A DNA stretch of 64,000 nucleotides from contig CM052817.1 in NCBI GenBank assembly GCA_028534125.1, positions 56,546,001 to 56,610,000 on the forward strand, written 5' to 3'. Below are positions 1-13,689 of this stretch, piece by piece. The position numbers were made by a program, and so were the translations under genes. This stretch comes from Lama glama. Lineage: Eukaryota. The notes under the pieces are model-generated. The model made no database searches. It had not been told where the DNA came from and worked only from the letters and a program-made list of their open reading frames with translations. Numbering within the stretch: the stretch's first letter is position 1; each line of letters begins with the position of its first letter.

Positions 1-2195
1 ACATCCCTTCTTGATTAAAGAAAATCTTAGTAAACTAGAAAGGAGATTAATTTACCCTAGACTTATTTCTCCTAGAAAGGAAGAATATTGAATGCTTTCT
101 TCTAGCAGTCAGGAACAAGAAAAAGATATCTTCTATCAACACTTCTATTCAACATTTTATAGGAAGTTTTAAACAGTATACTAAGGCAATATAAGTGATA
201 AAGTAAATAATAATAACAAAAGGCATCCAGATAGAAAATGAAGTAAAAATGTCTTTATTCACAGACAGCATGATTTTATATGCAGAAAATCCAAAGAAAA
301 CTTTTAAAAAGGGCTACTGGAACTGATAAGTGAATTTATCAAAGTTGTAGCTTTTATATACTAGCAATGAGCAACTGGAAATTCAAATTTAAACTACTAT
401 ACCAGTTACAATAGCATGAAAATATCACATATTAATGGATAAATATGACATAATATGCCAAAATGCTCAACACTGAAAGCTAAAAAAAAAATTGCTAAGA
501 TAATTTAAAGGACACCTAAAGAAATAGGAAGATACACTTGGTTTGTAATGGAAAGACTCAATATCTTTATGACGCCAATTATCCCTAAATCTATCTTTAG
601 ATTCATAATCAAAATCCTATCAAGGTTTTGAAGAAATTGACAAAGTAATTTTAAAAATTTATATGAAAATGCAAAGATTTAGAACAGCCAAAACAATTTT
701 GAAAAGAACAAAGTTGGAACAAAGTTGGAAAAGAGAAAAGAACAAAATGAATACTACCTGACTTTAATATTTATAATAAAGCAAAAGTAATCAAGGCAAT
801 GTAGAATTATTGTAAGAATGGGCAAATCAGTTATGTGAATAGAAGAGGAGTTCGGGAATAGACCACACATATATGGATAACTGGTTTTCAACAAAGCTAC
901 AAAGGTAATGTGGTGGAGAAAAGATAGTGTTGTCACCAAATGATTTTGGAACAACTGGATATCCATATGCAAAAATAAATCTTTATACACAAAGGACATT
1001 AAAATCCATTCAAATGAACCTGTCTTAAATATAAAATATAAAACTACAAAAAATTTAAAAGAAAACTTAGGAGAAAAATTTTATTACCTGGGTTAGCAAA
1101 GGAGTTTTTAGGTATAACTCAAGAGACACAACTCATAAAAGAACAAACCGATAGAGTGGACTTCATTAAAATCTAAAAACTTCTGTTAAAAAGATACTGT
1201 TAGATAAGGGAAAGAAAAGTCACAGATTAGGATATTATATATTAATACAATATTAAAGACTTGTATCTAGAATTTATAAAGAATTCTCAAAACTCAATAA
1301 TAGCATATCAAACCACCCAAAATAAAAATAACAGATTTGAACAGACACTTTACCAATGAAGATATATGGATGGCAAGTAAGAAAGCTCATGAAGAGATGC
1401 TTATTATCATTAGTCATTAAGGAAATGCAAATTAATAAGGGAATACTACTAAACATCTGTCTTGCAATGGCTAAAATTAAAAAGTCCATTCATACCAATT
1501 GTTGGCAAGGATATAGGGCAACTGAAACTTTCATACCCTCCTGGTAGGAGTATAAAATGATACAACCACTTTAGAAAACAGTTTGGCAATATATTTAAAA
1601 GTTAAACAGACACATATCATATGATTCCCTCCTTATACTGCTAGGTATTTAGCAATAGAAAGGCAAGTAGAGGGCCTAGCAAATACTTTTAAACAAGTGT
1701 TCATAACAGTTTTATTTGTGATATTCACAAACTGGAAAGAATCCAGATGTCTATTAACAGATGAACAGATCAATTTTGGTACATCCTACAACAGAATACT
1801 TCTCAGCAATTAAAAAAGGATGAACTCTTCATACACACTAAAACATGGGTGAATCTCAAAATGATTATGCTGAGTAAAAAAGGCAGACTAAAGAAGTGCT
1901 ATGATTCTACTTATATAAAATTTACAGAAAATTCAAAAATGTGCAAATTAACATATAATAACAGAAAGGAGATTAGAGATTGCTTCTGGACAAAGGTCTC
2001 GAGAATAAGAGTGGAGAGGGTAATAGCATGGCATTAAAAATGGGAACAAGGAAACTTTGGGGTAATAAATGATGTTCATTTTCTTCACTGTGGTGATAGT
2101 TTCATGTTTGTATACATTTGTCAAAATTCATCAAATTGTACATTTTTGACTGTGTTGTTTATTGTATGTCAATTATAATTTGATAAAACTTTAAA
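1..2195 (+). mobile_element. Old L1 (LINE-1) fragment: degenerate ORF2 RT/C-terminal region plus 3' UTR (L1M-type), running in from the left edge
   Basis: Decayed RT motifs: ggaacaaga...acttctattcaacatt (GTRQG..LLFNI-like, ~112-155) and ttattcacagacagcatgatt (LFADDMI-like, ~255-275). Ends with a typical L1M 3' end, 'gtatgtcaattataatttgataaa', at ~2165-2190. Many stops and frameshifts. Confidence 0.9.
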
Positions 2196-3218
2196 GACTG
2201 TTTCACTATTTAAAGTTATAAGACAATATGTTTTCAAAGATTTTGTATTAATATACTATAAAAAGTAACATTAAAATAATAAGTACTACACAGTAGGATA
2301 TAGAAATAGAAGTATTTTGAACATATCAGAATAGTTATGTTTGTATTAATCAATACAAATTAACTAGAATTCAGGGGAGTCTCTGGACCTTATAGATACT
2401 AAGTTAATATCTGAAAAACAATTTTAAACAAATTGATCATAAAGCAGTCATTTATTAAAGTGTTTGTACTGTATGTATTATTGTTTTGTCTTACATTGAG
2501 TTATGAAGTTCTCAAATTTTGGAAAAGTACTTTATGACTTTTCTTCAACTTGTGAGTCAGGTTTCAGCCTGGAGCAAATTTCTATGAAGATGATAGAAAT
2601 AATGACAAGTCATTAAATGTGGCAGATCAAACATTGCCACTACAATGTAACCCAGAATGTCAAGGCAACAACAGTTTAAGAGACTTGAAAGAAATTCTGA
2701 ACTTATTCCCCAGAAGCCATTACATTAGTGAAGTTTATCTCAGTCTTAAAATTCGCATAAGTCATGCACTGAATTGAATTTACTACTCAGGCATCAGCAT
2801 CAACTTCTGTGTGTCATCTTGTTCCCCTTCTAAATCACCTTATTCTACTCAAAGATAAAAGGCTGCTTTCATTTCTGTAGGGGACAGATTAAACATTAGC
2901 AGTCAGAAGCAATTGCTTTTCCCTTCAACATCACCTCTAGCCTTCTTACTTAGAACACCCTCTCCAGGGATTTCCTGCTGGCTGAAGAAGAGGCAAATAA
3001 CATTTGTGCCTCAGCACAGCATCAGTTGATCTCATGCTGTAAAACTGAGTTCTTTCAAAACAATGTGTGAGGTCTTAGCAGGTGAGAGGTAGTTGTGGCA
3101 CAGAGCTTTGAGAAGCTCATAAATCTTAATCCAGATCTCCCAGAAATCTCTGCATGTTGCTTTGAGTAACTCATAGGCTATAAGTATATGCATCATAAAA
3201 GACTATTTCAACAGTATC

Positions 3219-3671
3219 TGTATAGGACATGAGCCCTGTGACTGTTGACCGAGACAGCCTGAACATTCCCTGCTGCTTAGTCAATCTTCAGACAGGCTTC
3301 TTCTTGACTACAGACTCCTAATCTTTCTTTTCTTATTTTAGAAAATCTGCAATTGTAAATTATTTGTCTGCCCCTTTGAATAAATATTCTCCCAGAAATG
3401 CAGTTCTCATTAAAGTTAGGACTCCATCTCCCAGTCTCTATGGGAAGCTTAACTTTGACAAGTGCCAATTAGCCAACACAGATGATCTAATCACACGGGC
3501 AATACCTCCCCACTAATGTCCTCTAGTACATTTCCACTCACTCCAGCGCTTAAAAACTCTTCTGCCTTTTGTTTCAGTGGAGTTGAGTTCAATCTCTCAC
3601 CTGAGCTGCAATAGTCTTAAATAAAGTCTTCCTTGCTTGTTTAACTCCATCTGGTGCAATTTTTCTTTGAT
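3219..3671 (+). mobile_element. Solo LTR, ERV1 class (MER34-like)
   Basis: TG start, TATA-like 'cttaaaaa', 'aataaagtcttccttgcttgtttaact...tgcaatttttctttga' end. Shares the motif gccaattagccaacacaga with the LTR at 60582-60990. Confidence 0.65.
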
Positions 3672-4190
3672 GCTGTCCTTGAGAAACTATCCCTCTCTGG
3701 AGGTTATCAGGGTGCAAAAGAGATGGGGTATAATTTTTAGCAAAATACCTTAAACGTTTCTTAAATTTCAAAATTAAATTATACATTGGCTAAAGGTTGA
3801 GTCATGCTGAATTGAGGTTGTGTGGCTGCCTGTTATGAAGTCTGTTTAACTTGAGGGGCTCCAGAATCCCTGTTTTACTATTTGAATCATTTTTTCCATT
3901 GTGATTCTACATGCCTGCACTCCTTCTCAATTAAATAGTATTCCCTATAGTGTAGACTACAGCCCATTTTGTCTCAGAAGATGTTGTCTTTATCTGTTAT
4001 TAGATATCTCTGTAATGTTGATTACTGCAAGGATTCCTGAGCTGAAGATGAGATAGAAAAACCAAAGGAAACTCCCAATAGGGACCTACAAAAATCCTGA
4101 ATTCCTTAGGGCTTATGACTGAAGTATCCCAAGTCCCAAGGTGTCCCAAGGTATATTAGAGGAACTTAGTACAGATAACTCCATGTTAAT

Positions 4191-4261
4191 AGAGAAAGAA
4201 AGAAAGGAAGGAAGAAAGAAAGGAAGAAAGAAAGGAAGGAAGGAAGGAAGGAAGGAAGAAA

Positions 4262-4345
<84 letters not shown>

Positions 4346-4459
4346 AAAGAAAAAAAGAAAGAAGGAAAGAAAGAAAGAAGGAAAGAAAGAAAGAAGGAAA
4401 GAAAGAAAGAGAAAGAAAGAAAAAAAAGAAAGGAAGAAAGAAAGGAAGAAAGAAAAAAA
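4191..4459 (+). repeat. Compound purine microsatellite (GAAA)n/(GGAA)n, ~270 bp
   Basis: Directly visible; it explains the four low-complexity ORFs at 4113-4556. Confidence 0.98.
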
Positions 4460-5419
4460 TTGATTTCTGCTGATTCTGTTTTCTCCATTCTCCATCACAG
4501 AACATGAGTCCCTTGAAATTGGAAAGGGAACTGGAAATGGTAGTGGCTGCTGTCATATTACAGTAAGATCAGAGCTTTATAGTAATCTCCATTATAAGCC
4601 TTGTTCAGAATTACCATTTTGGAACTTGACCAGAAAAGACCAAGTTGTCTTAAAAAAATTCCAGACCAGCATTTGCTTTTGTAAAATTTTTGAACACCAA
4701 ATGGCAACAGTTATAGTGAAAAAGTTGTTCTGGTCCTATAATAAAATCTACTGACTATAAGGCTTAAATTTCTAACTAATTAGCTAACATATAATAGGGA
4801 TATTGATTTTATGTTTTTGTTTTTTGTTTTTTTTGCTCTCAATTATCCACTGCTCAGTTTTCATCCTATGTTTTCTGTGATGGGCTGTTACTATCTGCCA
4901 TACAGACACTGTGTCCTTAGATATGCTATTGTTGATATTTTTAGACTGCCTCTGTGCTTAGTCTGTCCAACTAAATTTTAAAATCTTCAGGTTTATTATT
5001 GCTTATATTGTTATCCTACCTTTTTATCTCTCATGACATTATCTATTGGCTCCTTGTAATATGGCTGCAAAGTATATAGGTGCTAGAAGGCCACTTATAC
5101 ACACAGATTTCTACAAGGAAACTTGAAATCATTCTTGAGTATTTCTTCTTGTTTTTCATTTAAAAAAAATTACAACTGTGGAGTAGGACCAAGAAAGTTC
5201 TCCAACTTTAGGTTTATCACTCATAACCTACTGTATTGTAACTCTACATGAGTTACAAAAGAGTAAATATGTACCTAAAAATATAAAAAAGTGTTATATA
5301 CATCTCTAGAAAAAATGATGTGGTAGTTGACTGAAATGACCACCTACAAATACTAATGCTATTAATAATAATAATGATGATGATGATGACAACAACAACA
5401 ACATTGATAAAGGCACCTA

Positions 5420-6292
5420 TTTGGGTTTCTGATCATCAAATTCCAACGTGAGGGCTGGGGGGGGGGGTCCCCACATCAACAAACAATCCTTGGATACCAG
5501 CAGTGTGTCCTGAGAACTCAACTCAATTCTGTCACTATCTATCAGGAGACAGCATTAGATCCCGTAAGTTAAGGGTTCAGTCTTACAAGGCTGCCCCTCC
5601 TCCCACCACCTCAGATGCCAGTCACAAGCCCAGGTTGTTACCTATCCTTCTGACCAATGGCTATTAAGCAGAGGTTCCCACAGCCCCATCGGTGGGTTTG
5701 ATTATCTTACTAAAGCAGCTCACAGAACTCAGGGAAACATTTTACCTACTGTATTACTGTATTATATTTATTATAAAAGAATGATTAAAGATACAGAGAA
5801 CATCCAGATGGAAGAAACAATTAGGGCAAAGTACGAGGAAAGAGCGCAGAGATTCCATGCCCCCTCTGAGTGCACTTTCCCCAAATCTCCATGTGTTCAG
5901 CAACCCAGAAGCTCTCCAAATTTCACCCTTTGGGTTTTTACGGAGGTTTGATTACACAGGTATGATTGATCAACTCATTGGCCATTGGCAATTGATCCAA
6001 CCTCCAGCTCCTCCTCTCTCTAGGAGGCTGGTATGAAAGTGGAAGAGATCAAGGGTTAAGGGGCGGGAAGGATTAAATATTCCAACCCTCTAATCACTAG
6101 GTTGGTTCCCCTGGCAACCAGTCCCCATCCTTAGGTTATCTAAAGGCTTTCCAAAAATCACTTCATTAACATAAAAAAAAACATGCTCTCATCACTTAGG
6201 AAATTCCAAGGGTTTGGCAGTTTTAGGAGATCTGTGACAGGAATGGCTGGAAGACCAAATATATATTTCTTATTACAAATCACAATATCATA
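5420..6292 (-). mobile_element. MER21-type LTR
   Basis: Reverse complement starts 'tatgatattgtgatttgtaataagaaatatatatttggtcttc', matching the MER21 5' end. Internal 'aactcaattctgtcactatctatcaggagacagcattagatccc' is characteristic. Confidence 0.8.
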
Positions 6293-6849
6293 GCATCTGG
6301 AAAACAGCCTGTGATTTGAAATCTTTTACACCCTGTGAAATACACTTTCCAGTACTAGGCTCAACTGAGCTAAGTTAACAGTAGGAGTTATATAGTCTTT
6401 GAGGTTTGCTATTCAATGGGAAGACAGAATAAGGGAAAATGTAAATGTGCACATATGTATAAAGAATCAATATTCCTTAATGTTTCAAAAGTTTTTTAAA
6501 AAAACATTTTAAAACCCCATCACTACATCTGGTTCCCAAGAAGCTTATGAAGGAAACAGAATAGACAACTTGTCCTATTTTATGGTGAGAACTTGGGACG
6601 TTAAGGAAAGTCAAATGATTTGTTCAAAGTCACATGACCTAGAAATTCTTATTTTCTCCATTCTTCCTGTACTTTATACTTTTTTTAGATCCCAGCCTGA
6701 CTGTAGTTTTAAAAATCGAAGGGAATAAAAGATGTTCATGAGTCTCTGGAGGAAATATATTTTTAAAGATATTTAATCATCCACTTAATTGTCTATTAAA
6801 CATATGTGAATCATTCTGGTATTCATTTCACTTGAATTCTCAACAATTC

Positions 6850-7740
6850 AACACAGTTCACCACTTTCCTCCCAGTAACACTGTGCTCTCTGCTGCTCTG
6901 AACCTTTCTCCTGGTTTTCCTCTTGCCTAATTGGTCAGATCATCTACCAACAGCAGTCCTCTACATGTCGCTCTCTCTCAGGTCTCAGTCCTCTCCACTT
7001 CCTAGGTAGTCACATCTCTGGATATACAATACTATGTGCTGGCAACTCCAAAATCTATATTTCTTGAACAGACTTCTTCCCAGATCTTCTAACCTTTACA
7101 AGTTCTGTATACTGTTTAAGAGTGAGACAGACTTAATGTAACTCTCACTTTTCCATTTGTGCTAAAGGGGTGTGGGGAAATTAAAAACTTCTCTGTATCT
7201 CAGTAAATTCATTTGCAAAGTGGGGAATATAATAAAACCACCTAAGAACTTCAATTATATAAACTTTATCAGAGCTCAGACATCTCCACTGGTATATCTC
7301 ACAGGCATCTCAGATTTAATCTAACAAAAATGACTCTTGATTTTCCTCTGCAAATCCTACCCTACTCAGTCTTCTTTAAATTAGAAATTGACAGGGTTTC
7401 CTGTTCCTATGTATATCTGAGTCACACTTAATTTTGCTCTTTCCCTTACCTCATCCCAGATTCAATCTATTAAAAATAACCACCAATTCTACATTCAAAA
7501 TAAATTGCTAATCTGTCTCATTTTCTCCATCTCATTGTCAAAACCAGAGACTTGTCATCATTTTCCCTTTCCTGGACTAGTGTAATAGCCACGTAACTGC
7601 TCTCCCTGTTGCTTTTGCTAGTACGTTGCTCTGCTTCCCATTACCCACTGAACAGCAAGTCCTTATTAAAAAATAATATCATGCCACTCCCTTGCTTAAA
7701 ACTTTGCAGTAGTTTTTGATTTCACTAAGAATAAAACACA
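6850..7740 (+). mobile_element. L2 fragment with an internal MIR (~7110-7260)
   Basis: 'ctccaaaatctatatttc', 'catctccactggtatatctcacaggcatctcaga', 'cctggactagtgtaatagcc', 'catgccactcccttgcttaaaac' are L2 hallmarks. Confidence 0.65.
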
Positions 7741-8134
7741 GATGACATTCAAAAGTTGTGATAGATACATAAATAAAATAAGTAAAGATAGTTATTTATG
7801 CTCCAAAAGAAAAAATAGGATGTGGTGTTGTGTTTAAAACAAGGTAACTGGAGGCGTGACTAGAACTGTCAGAGAAGATCTCTCTGAGATAATGACTAAG
7901 ACTTATAGGATGCAAAGGAAGCTCCAGTGTAAATCCAGGTAAAAAGCATTCAAGGAAGAGAAAACATAAAGTGTAAAGAACGTACACAAAGAGTCTGCTG
8001 AATTCCAACAATTGTTGGAAGACCTTTGTGACTGGAGTATAATGAATGAAGGAGGGAGTGGCTTGAGATCAGGATGGAGAGATGAGTAAGAGGTAGCTAT
8101 GGAGGTTCTTATAGGCAATGATATGTGGATTTTT

Positions 8135-8239
8135 CAAGATGGCAGATTTTTTTGATGGCAGATTTTTTTTAACATTTTTATTGATTTATAATCATTTTAC
8201 AATGTTGTGTCAAATTCCAGTGTAGACAAGATGGCAGAT
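8135..8239 (-). mobile_element. Extremely 5'-truncated young L1 3'-end insertion (~56 bp body + polyA) with 13-bp TSD
   Basis: TSD caagatggcagat at 8135-8147 and 8227-8239 flanks polyT + 'aacatttttattgatttataatcattttacaatgttgtgtcaaattccagtgtaga'. The minus strand carries AATAAA just before the polyA. Confidence 0.85.
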
Positions 8240-9326
8240 CTTATAGCATGTTTGTATGCTAATGTAATGGAACTAATAGAAAGGGAAAATCAGATAATGT
8301 GAGAGAGTGGGGAAATATGAAAGGGTGACAAGGTGAACTGATAAGGTAAATAGCGCAGGATTCTGGAACAGTCAGAAGTTTGTACTCATAAATAGAACAA
8401 ATTCAGGCAGCAGGATTTTCTTTTTTTCTGAAGCTAGAGGAAATAGGTAGCAAGTTGTGTTTACCCCATGACTGAGGCTTTGCCAAGCAAGTGTTACAGA
8501 GGAAGAAGAGTTGAGAATGTAAACAAAGGAGTGATTACAATAATGGACCATGAAATCTAAGCTGAGTTAGGAGAAGACAAAAGGGGGCAAATGGCTGGTA
8601 AAGACGTGACAGAATGAATGCAATTTTGGTGGGATCCAAAAATTACCACACACTATTCTTCATAGTAAGTATACTGAATTGCCCCAAAATAAGTGGTGTC
8701 TTACTGTATATGTCCTACATTCAAATGGTGGCCCCAAGATGTCAGGAACGATGTCTGACTTCTTCTTTGTTGTATTTTTAGTACTTAGCACAGTTCCTGG
8801 AATGTAGGAGTTGTTGAATAAATATTGGAATAAATGAATGTTTATCACATATCAGCTATGTTCCTTATGTGTAATTTTAGGCATCAGGGATAAATTGTGA
8901 GTAAGACCAACAAATGGGTAATTACCATACAGAAGAACAGGAATTAGGATAGAAGAACATGGCATTATGGGAAAACCAGAGAACTACGTATCAAAGATTG
9001 GAGGCGCTCAGAGGCAGTAATGCCTAAGAGGAGATGTGGAGAGTGAGAGGTAGTTAGCCAGGTGCAGAAGCAGCATGGTCACTGACACTGAGTGAAATTT
9101 GCCCAGGATAAAGCTCTAGTTAAATTCAGGGAGGATCTGCAGGGAGAAATACAAGTAAATTCTTGGTTGGTTGGTTTGGTTTTTGTTTGTTGAAGAAAGT
9201 TATAGAGCAACTGGTTAGGACTTTTTCTATTGATCAGTTACTTCCTTTGTGTTTTGACTTTTATACTCGTTGATACTTTGACACTTTAGGATTCTCACTA
9301 AATGGAAGCCCATAGTAAACTGCCAA

Positions 9327-9826
9327 NNNNNNNNNNNNNNNNNNNNNNNNNNNNNNNNNNNNNNNNNNNNNNNNNNNNNNNNNNNNNNNNNNNNNNNNNN
9401 NNNNNNNNNNNNNNNNNNNNNNNNNNNNNNNNNNNNNNNNNNNNNNNNNNNNNNNNNNNNNNNNNNNNNNNNNNNNNNNNNNNNNNNNNNNNNNNNNNNN
9501 NNNNNNNNNNNNNNNNNNNNNNNNNNNNNNNNNNNNNNNNNNNNNNNNNNNNNNNNNNNNNNNNNNNNNNNNNNNNNNNNNNNNNNNNNNNNNNNNNNNN
9601 NNNNNNNNNNNNNNNNNNNNNNNNNNNNNNNNNNNNNNNNNNNNNNNNNNNNNNNNNNNNNNNNNNNNNNNNNNNNNNNNNNNNNNNNNNNNNNNNNNNN
9701 NNNNNNNNNNNNNNNNNNNNNNNNNNNNNNNNNNNNNNNNNNNNNNNNNNNNNNNNNNNNNNNNNNNNNNNNNNNNNNNNNNNNNNNNNNNNNNNNNNNN
9801 NNNNNNNNNNNNNNNNNNNNNNNNNN
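9327..9826. other. Assembly gap (500 N)
   Basis: Run of exactly 500 N, followed by (TA)/(CA) low-complexity sequence. Confidence 1.
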
Positions 9827-10719
9827 TATATAAAATACACACACACATATATATGCCATATATAATATATATATTTATATTTGTAATTTTTATAAAATAT
9901 TCTTAAAAGATTCATTGCCTGTAGTTCAACACTAAAAGAAATAAGATGTTATCAGGCATATATGTATGCTAGATAATTATATTTATTGAGCATTCAATAT
10001 ACTGAAAGAGGAAGTAGATTCTCTGAATGAGTGGAGAAGAAAAAAGGGAAACATTTTCTATCCATGACAGTGTTAGGTAGGAATTAAAGGTGGGTGGGTT
10101 TAATTGGCAGAAGCCTCCTTTCAGAAGTTTTGAGAATTGGTATAGGAGTGAATGGATCAGTCCACAAAGAGATAATGGTGTGTACCCTGTTATCTTAGTA
10201 GATACAGCCACGAACATTAATAGGTAAATCAGTAAGGCAAATTATATTTTCTTAGCTGCAGAACTCTACCAAGTGTTGGTATGATCCTTAGGCAGCTGGA
10301 ATAGACAGAAGCAAAAAAAAATCATAAAGGAAGAATAACTAGTAACAGCTTTTTATAAAATAATCAGAAATAAACATTTCTCCAGATGTGAAAACCTGGA
10401 AAATGAGAGTATAAAAGTGCCAATGATGATACAAACAAAGAACTGTTGACTGGAAGCAATGGGGGTGCCAGGGGCTAACGAAGAGTGACAAGAAGGAATT
10501 GAGGATGGGACAGCAAAATAGTATGACCTTCAAAAGAGCAGGGTTTTTGTTTGTTTGTTTTAGTAATAGGGTGAAGGAACGATGATCTAGGAGTTCAAGA
10601 GAGGACCAAATAAATATCACCCTCTTCTCCAAGTTAGCCAGCTTTGACGAAAATAAGGAGATTATTGGGGAGATTATGGCATATGAGGATCAAAGGATTT
10701 CACTGGTTTTAAGTAACAG

Positions 10720-10895
10720 CTAGCAATCACTATGTGCTAAGCACATTGTACAGTGTTTTAAATTTGTAGTAAATCATTTAATCTTCACAACAACACAATG
10801 GTGTAAGTATTATGATCCGTCCATGTAACACAAGAAGCGATTGAGGTTCACATGTCTAATTAATGACACAACTAAGAGTAAAGGTTATCTGAGTC
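10720..10895 (-). mobile_element. MIR SINE
   Basis: 'cactatgtgctaagcac...tcatttaatcttcacaacaac...ggt..tattat' MIR core. Confidence 0.6.
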
Positions 10896-11482
10896 CAATT
10901 TTTACTAGAGAATGTTGCCAAACTGTGTAACAGTAGGCTTCCAAAAATTAAACTGTGAAGCTAGATTTACTTACTCAGCTATAGACAGCACAGGACTGCC
11001 TCAGATTTCTCCAGTGGTGGACCTTCTCCAGTAACGTGAATGGAATGGAGGTACAGACAAGACTATATGATTTTTACATGCACCCTGTTGCTCAGAAGAA
11101 GAAGTAAAAAGGGCCCATTTCCACTACTGATTCAAAGATAAGTCATGCATGTTTCCCCCCACCCCTACCTGGGAGAATTTAAGTCAGATGGTAGAAAAAG
11201 TTAGTGTCATGCTAGTGAAGGTCGCTGCCCACAGCAGGAAACTGCTCCCCTCATCATACACACACACAATGTCTAGAAGCAGAATGAAAACAGAAAGACA
11301 CAGACTCTGTCCTACTTCCTGATCCTGAGATATGGGCTGAGGAAAAATAAGGCAGCAACTACGTCCTCAGAGAGCTACCTGGAAAGGGGATTTTCATGAA
11401 GGACTCCAGGTAGCATTATGTTCTGCAAGCAAAAGGAATGTTCAGCAAAGAGAAGGGTGATTGAGGAGAGTTTGATTAAAAA

Positions 11483-11483
<1 letters not shown>

Positions 11484-11515
<32 letters not shown>
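11484..11515. repeat. (AC)16 microsatellite
   Basis: Directly visible. Confidence 0.98.
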
Positions 11516-11517
<2 letters not shown>

Positions 11518-13164
11518 ATATATACAATATATGAGTGATGTGAGGAGAGAGAAAGAGTGTGAAATAGTTCTAGAAAGCCCAGGCCCAATAAAGAGGTCTG
11601 GGAGGAAAAGGAGAACCATGAGCTTGGGTTAAAGAAGCGGACTGTTGCGGTGAGAATACAGGAAAGTGAAGACGACTAGGGAAGCTTTAATGTTGGGATC
11701 TATAAGCATGGTTGGTTTCTTCTTTACAGTCATCTGGTGTCTTAACTCCTTAGCAAGGTGCTCAGCAACAAGCAGCTTCCAGTTTTGCACCGGCAGCTGG
11801 ACACCAGCTCAGTAGCTGGCTAAACCGATTCTCCCAAGGACCAACTCAGAGAAACGTTCACCTCAACTAAATTTGGACCTTACTCCTTTCATCTCCCTCT
11901 TGCCTAAAACAATAATGTAGTTAATCTATTATTGGTTTAGAGTATGTTATGTCTTTAGTGGCTCATTAAGAGACAGTATTCTGTAAAATATTGGCTTGTG
12001 AAATTATTATAATTCCTGCAGTGAACCTGTGTTAAGTAAATTATTGGCAAAGACCATAATTTGCTGCCAGGGATCAGACGAAACATACGTAACATTTGTA
12101 ATAGATATTTCTGGGTATTGGCATGAAATACCACCAGGGATGTTTCACAGACAAATTTTGAAGACATTTGAATATTTTCCAGTGTATTAGTTTTGGTTTG
12201 CTTATGTTTGAATGGCTTACAGATTAAATATTAGAGAGAGAAATCACTTTTTGCAGTCTTATAAAGCCTAGAGAAAACACAAACATAAAACCAGGTGTAT
12301 TTTTCAAAATTGCTAAACCTTTTAATAGAGCTAACAGACTCAAAAGAGTAATATTATTCTAAAGTTCATATTAAATGAACTTTAAATTAAGTAGAGGCAG
12401 TGACTGACAACAGGAAATAATAGTGAAGAGGAGCTTAAATAATTTAGTACATCCATGACATGTCTCTGCTAATATTCACTCTACAATAAATAAGTGCAGG
12501 GTCTATAAATTATTTGGTCCCAGTGTCTGATTTTGCAGTTACAGGATACTAACTTCTAGAACAGCAGTGAAACAATCTTTCCCATTTCTTTTCCATTGTA
12601 CATTTTCCCTTGAATACTTTTCAAAGGGATTTGTTCATACTTCAAAAATACCCAAATGAAAGCTAAGTTTCCATGTTACTTATGAAAAATGCAGTTTGGT
12701 TTCTGTAATAACTTAGCTCCTGAAAATCAACTCTAAATCAAATTATTCATAATGCAATAATTTAAAATGCAAAGGAATCTCACAATTAAAAAGACAACTC
12801 GACAGTGGATTTTTTGCAAAGTAAATAACTGCCTTGAAATGCTAGTCATTCTCCAATGTAAGTTTCCCAGATACATGTTTTCTTAACATACATAGATGTA
12901 TATGCACATACAAGATTTTTTTAATCTTATGTAGCATTTGTATATCATCAGCTTTTATGTTAGAGTTCTATATCAGTTTAGAATAGAAAACAGAGAAGTC
13001 ACGATCTCAGAAAAGTTACTATAAAAGCCTAACTGTCATGAAGATAATAAAAACCAAAGGGACCTGTTCAAGGTTGAATCATTTTGAAACCACATATGTA
13101 AAAACACTCAGATGAATTGCTTCAGGTAAAGAAATGAACAAAATATCAGTGACTATAGGAATAA

Positions 13165-13450
13165 CTATTAGACCTGCCCTTCCCTGTGACCTTGAGGTTA
13201 GGCATTGGCATGTGACCTGCTTTAGCCAATGAAATGTGTGCAGATCTGACATGTATCACAGTTGGGCAGAAACATTTAACAGCAGGGTACAATCATCCAT
13301 TCTTGCTCTCCTCCTGACTCGACAAATATGTAAGTGCATATTGAATTGGAGGTGTAACACTGAGCCATCCTACAGAGCACAGTTGCCCCAGAGAGTCACT
13401 CAGACATACAACTACTCTGTGTTAACAAAAAATAAGCATCTGTTGTTTTA
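13165..13450 (+). mobile_element. MaLR MLT1-type LTR fragment
   Basis: 'ggcatgtgacctgctttagccaatgaaatgtgtgcaga...ggcagaaacatttaa' is a typical MLT1 motif; ends near 'aaataagcatctgttgtttta'. Confidence 0.65.
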
Positions 13451-13452
13451 GA

Positions 13453-13655
13453 ACAGAGATCAGCAAACTTTTTCCGTAAAGAGTAAAACTGGAAATATTT
13501 TCAGCTTTGTGAGCGAAACATTATCTCAACAACTCATTCTTCCCATTCTAATGTGAAAGCAGCCAGAAACAACATGTAAGTGAATGGGGGTGTGTGTGCG
13601 CTGTGTTTTAATAAAGCATTATTTTCAAAAACAGGTGGAGAGCTTGATTTGGCCT
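13453..13655 (+). mobile_element. MER58-like hAT-Charlie DNA transposon
   Basis: 'cagagatcagcaaactttttccgtaaag...aaatattttcagctttgtg...aataaagcattattttcaaaaacaggtgg...gatttggcc'. Confidence 0.75.
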
Positions 13656-13689
13656 TGTTTTAACTAGCTTAGTTCAAGGGATATTCACA

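Noticed and set aside
4113..4556. 100-147 aa ORFs rich in F/L/S or K/E/R
   Set aside because: Translation of the GAAA microsatellite.
9227..9915. ~200 aa ORFs on both strands
   Set aside because: Artefacts of the 500-N gap.
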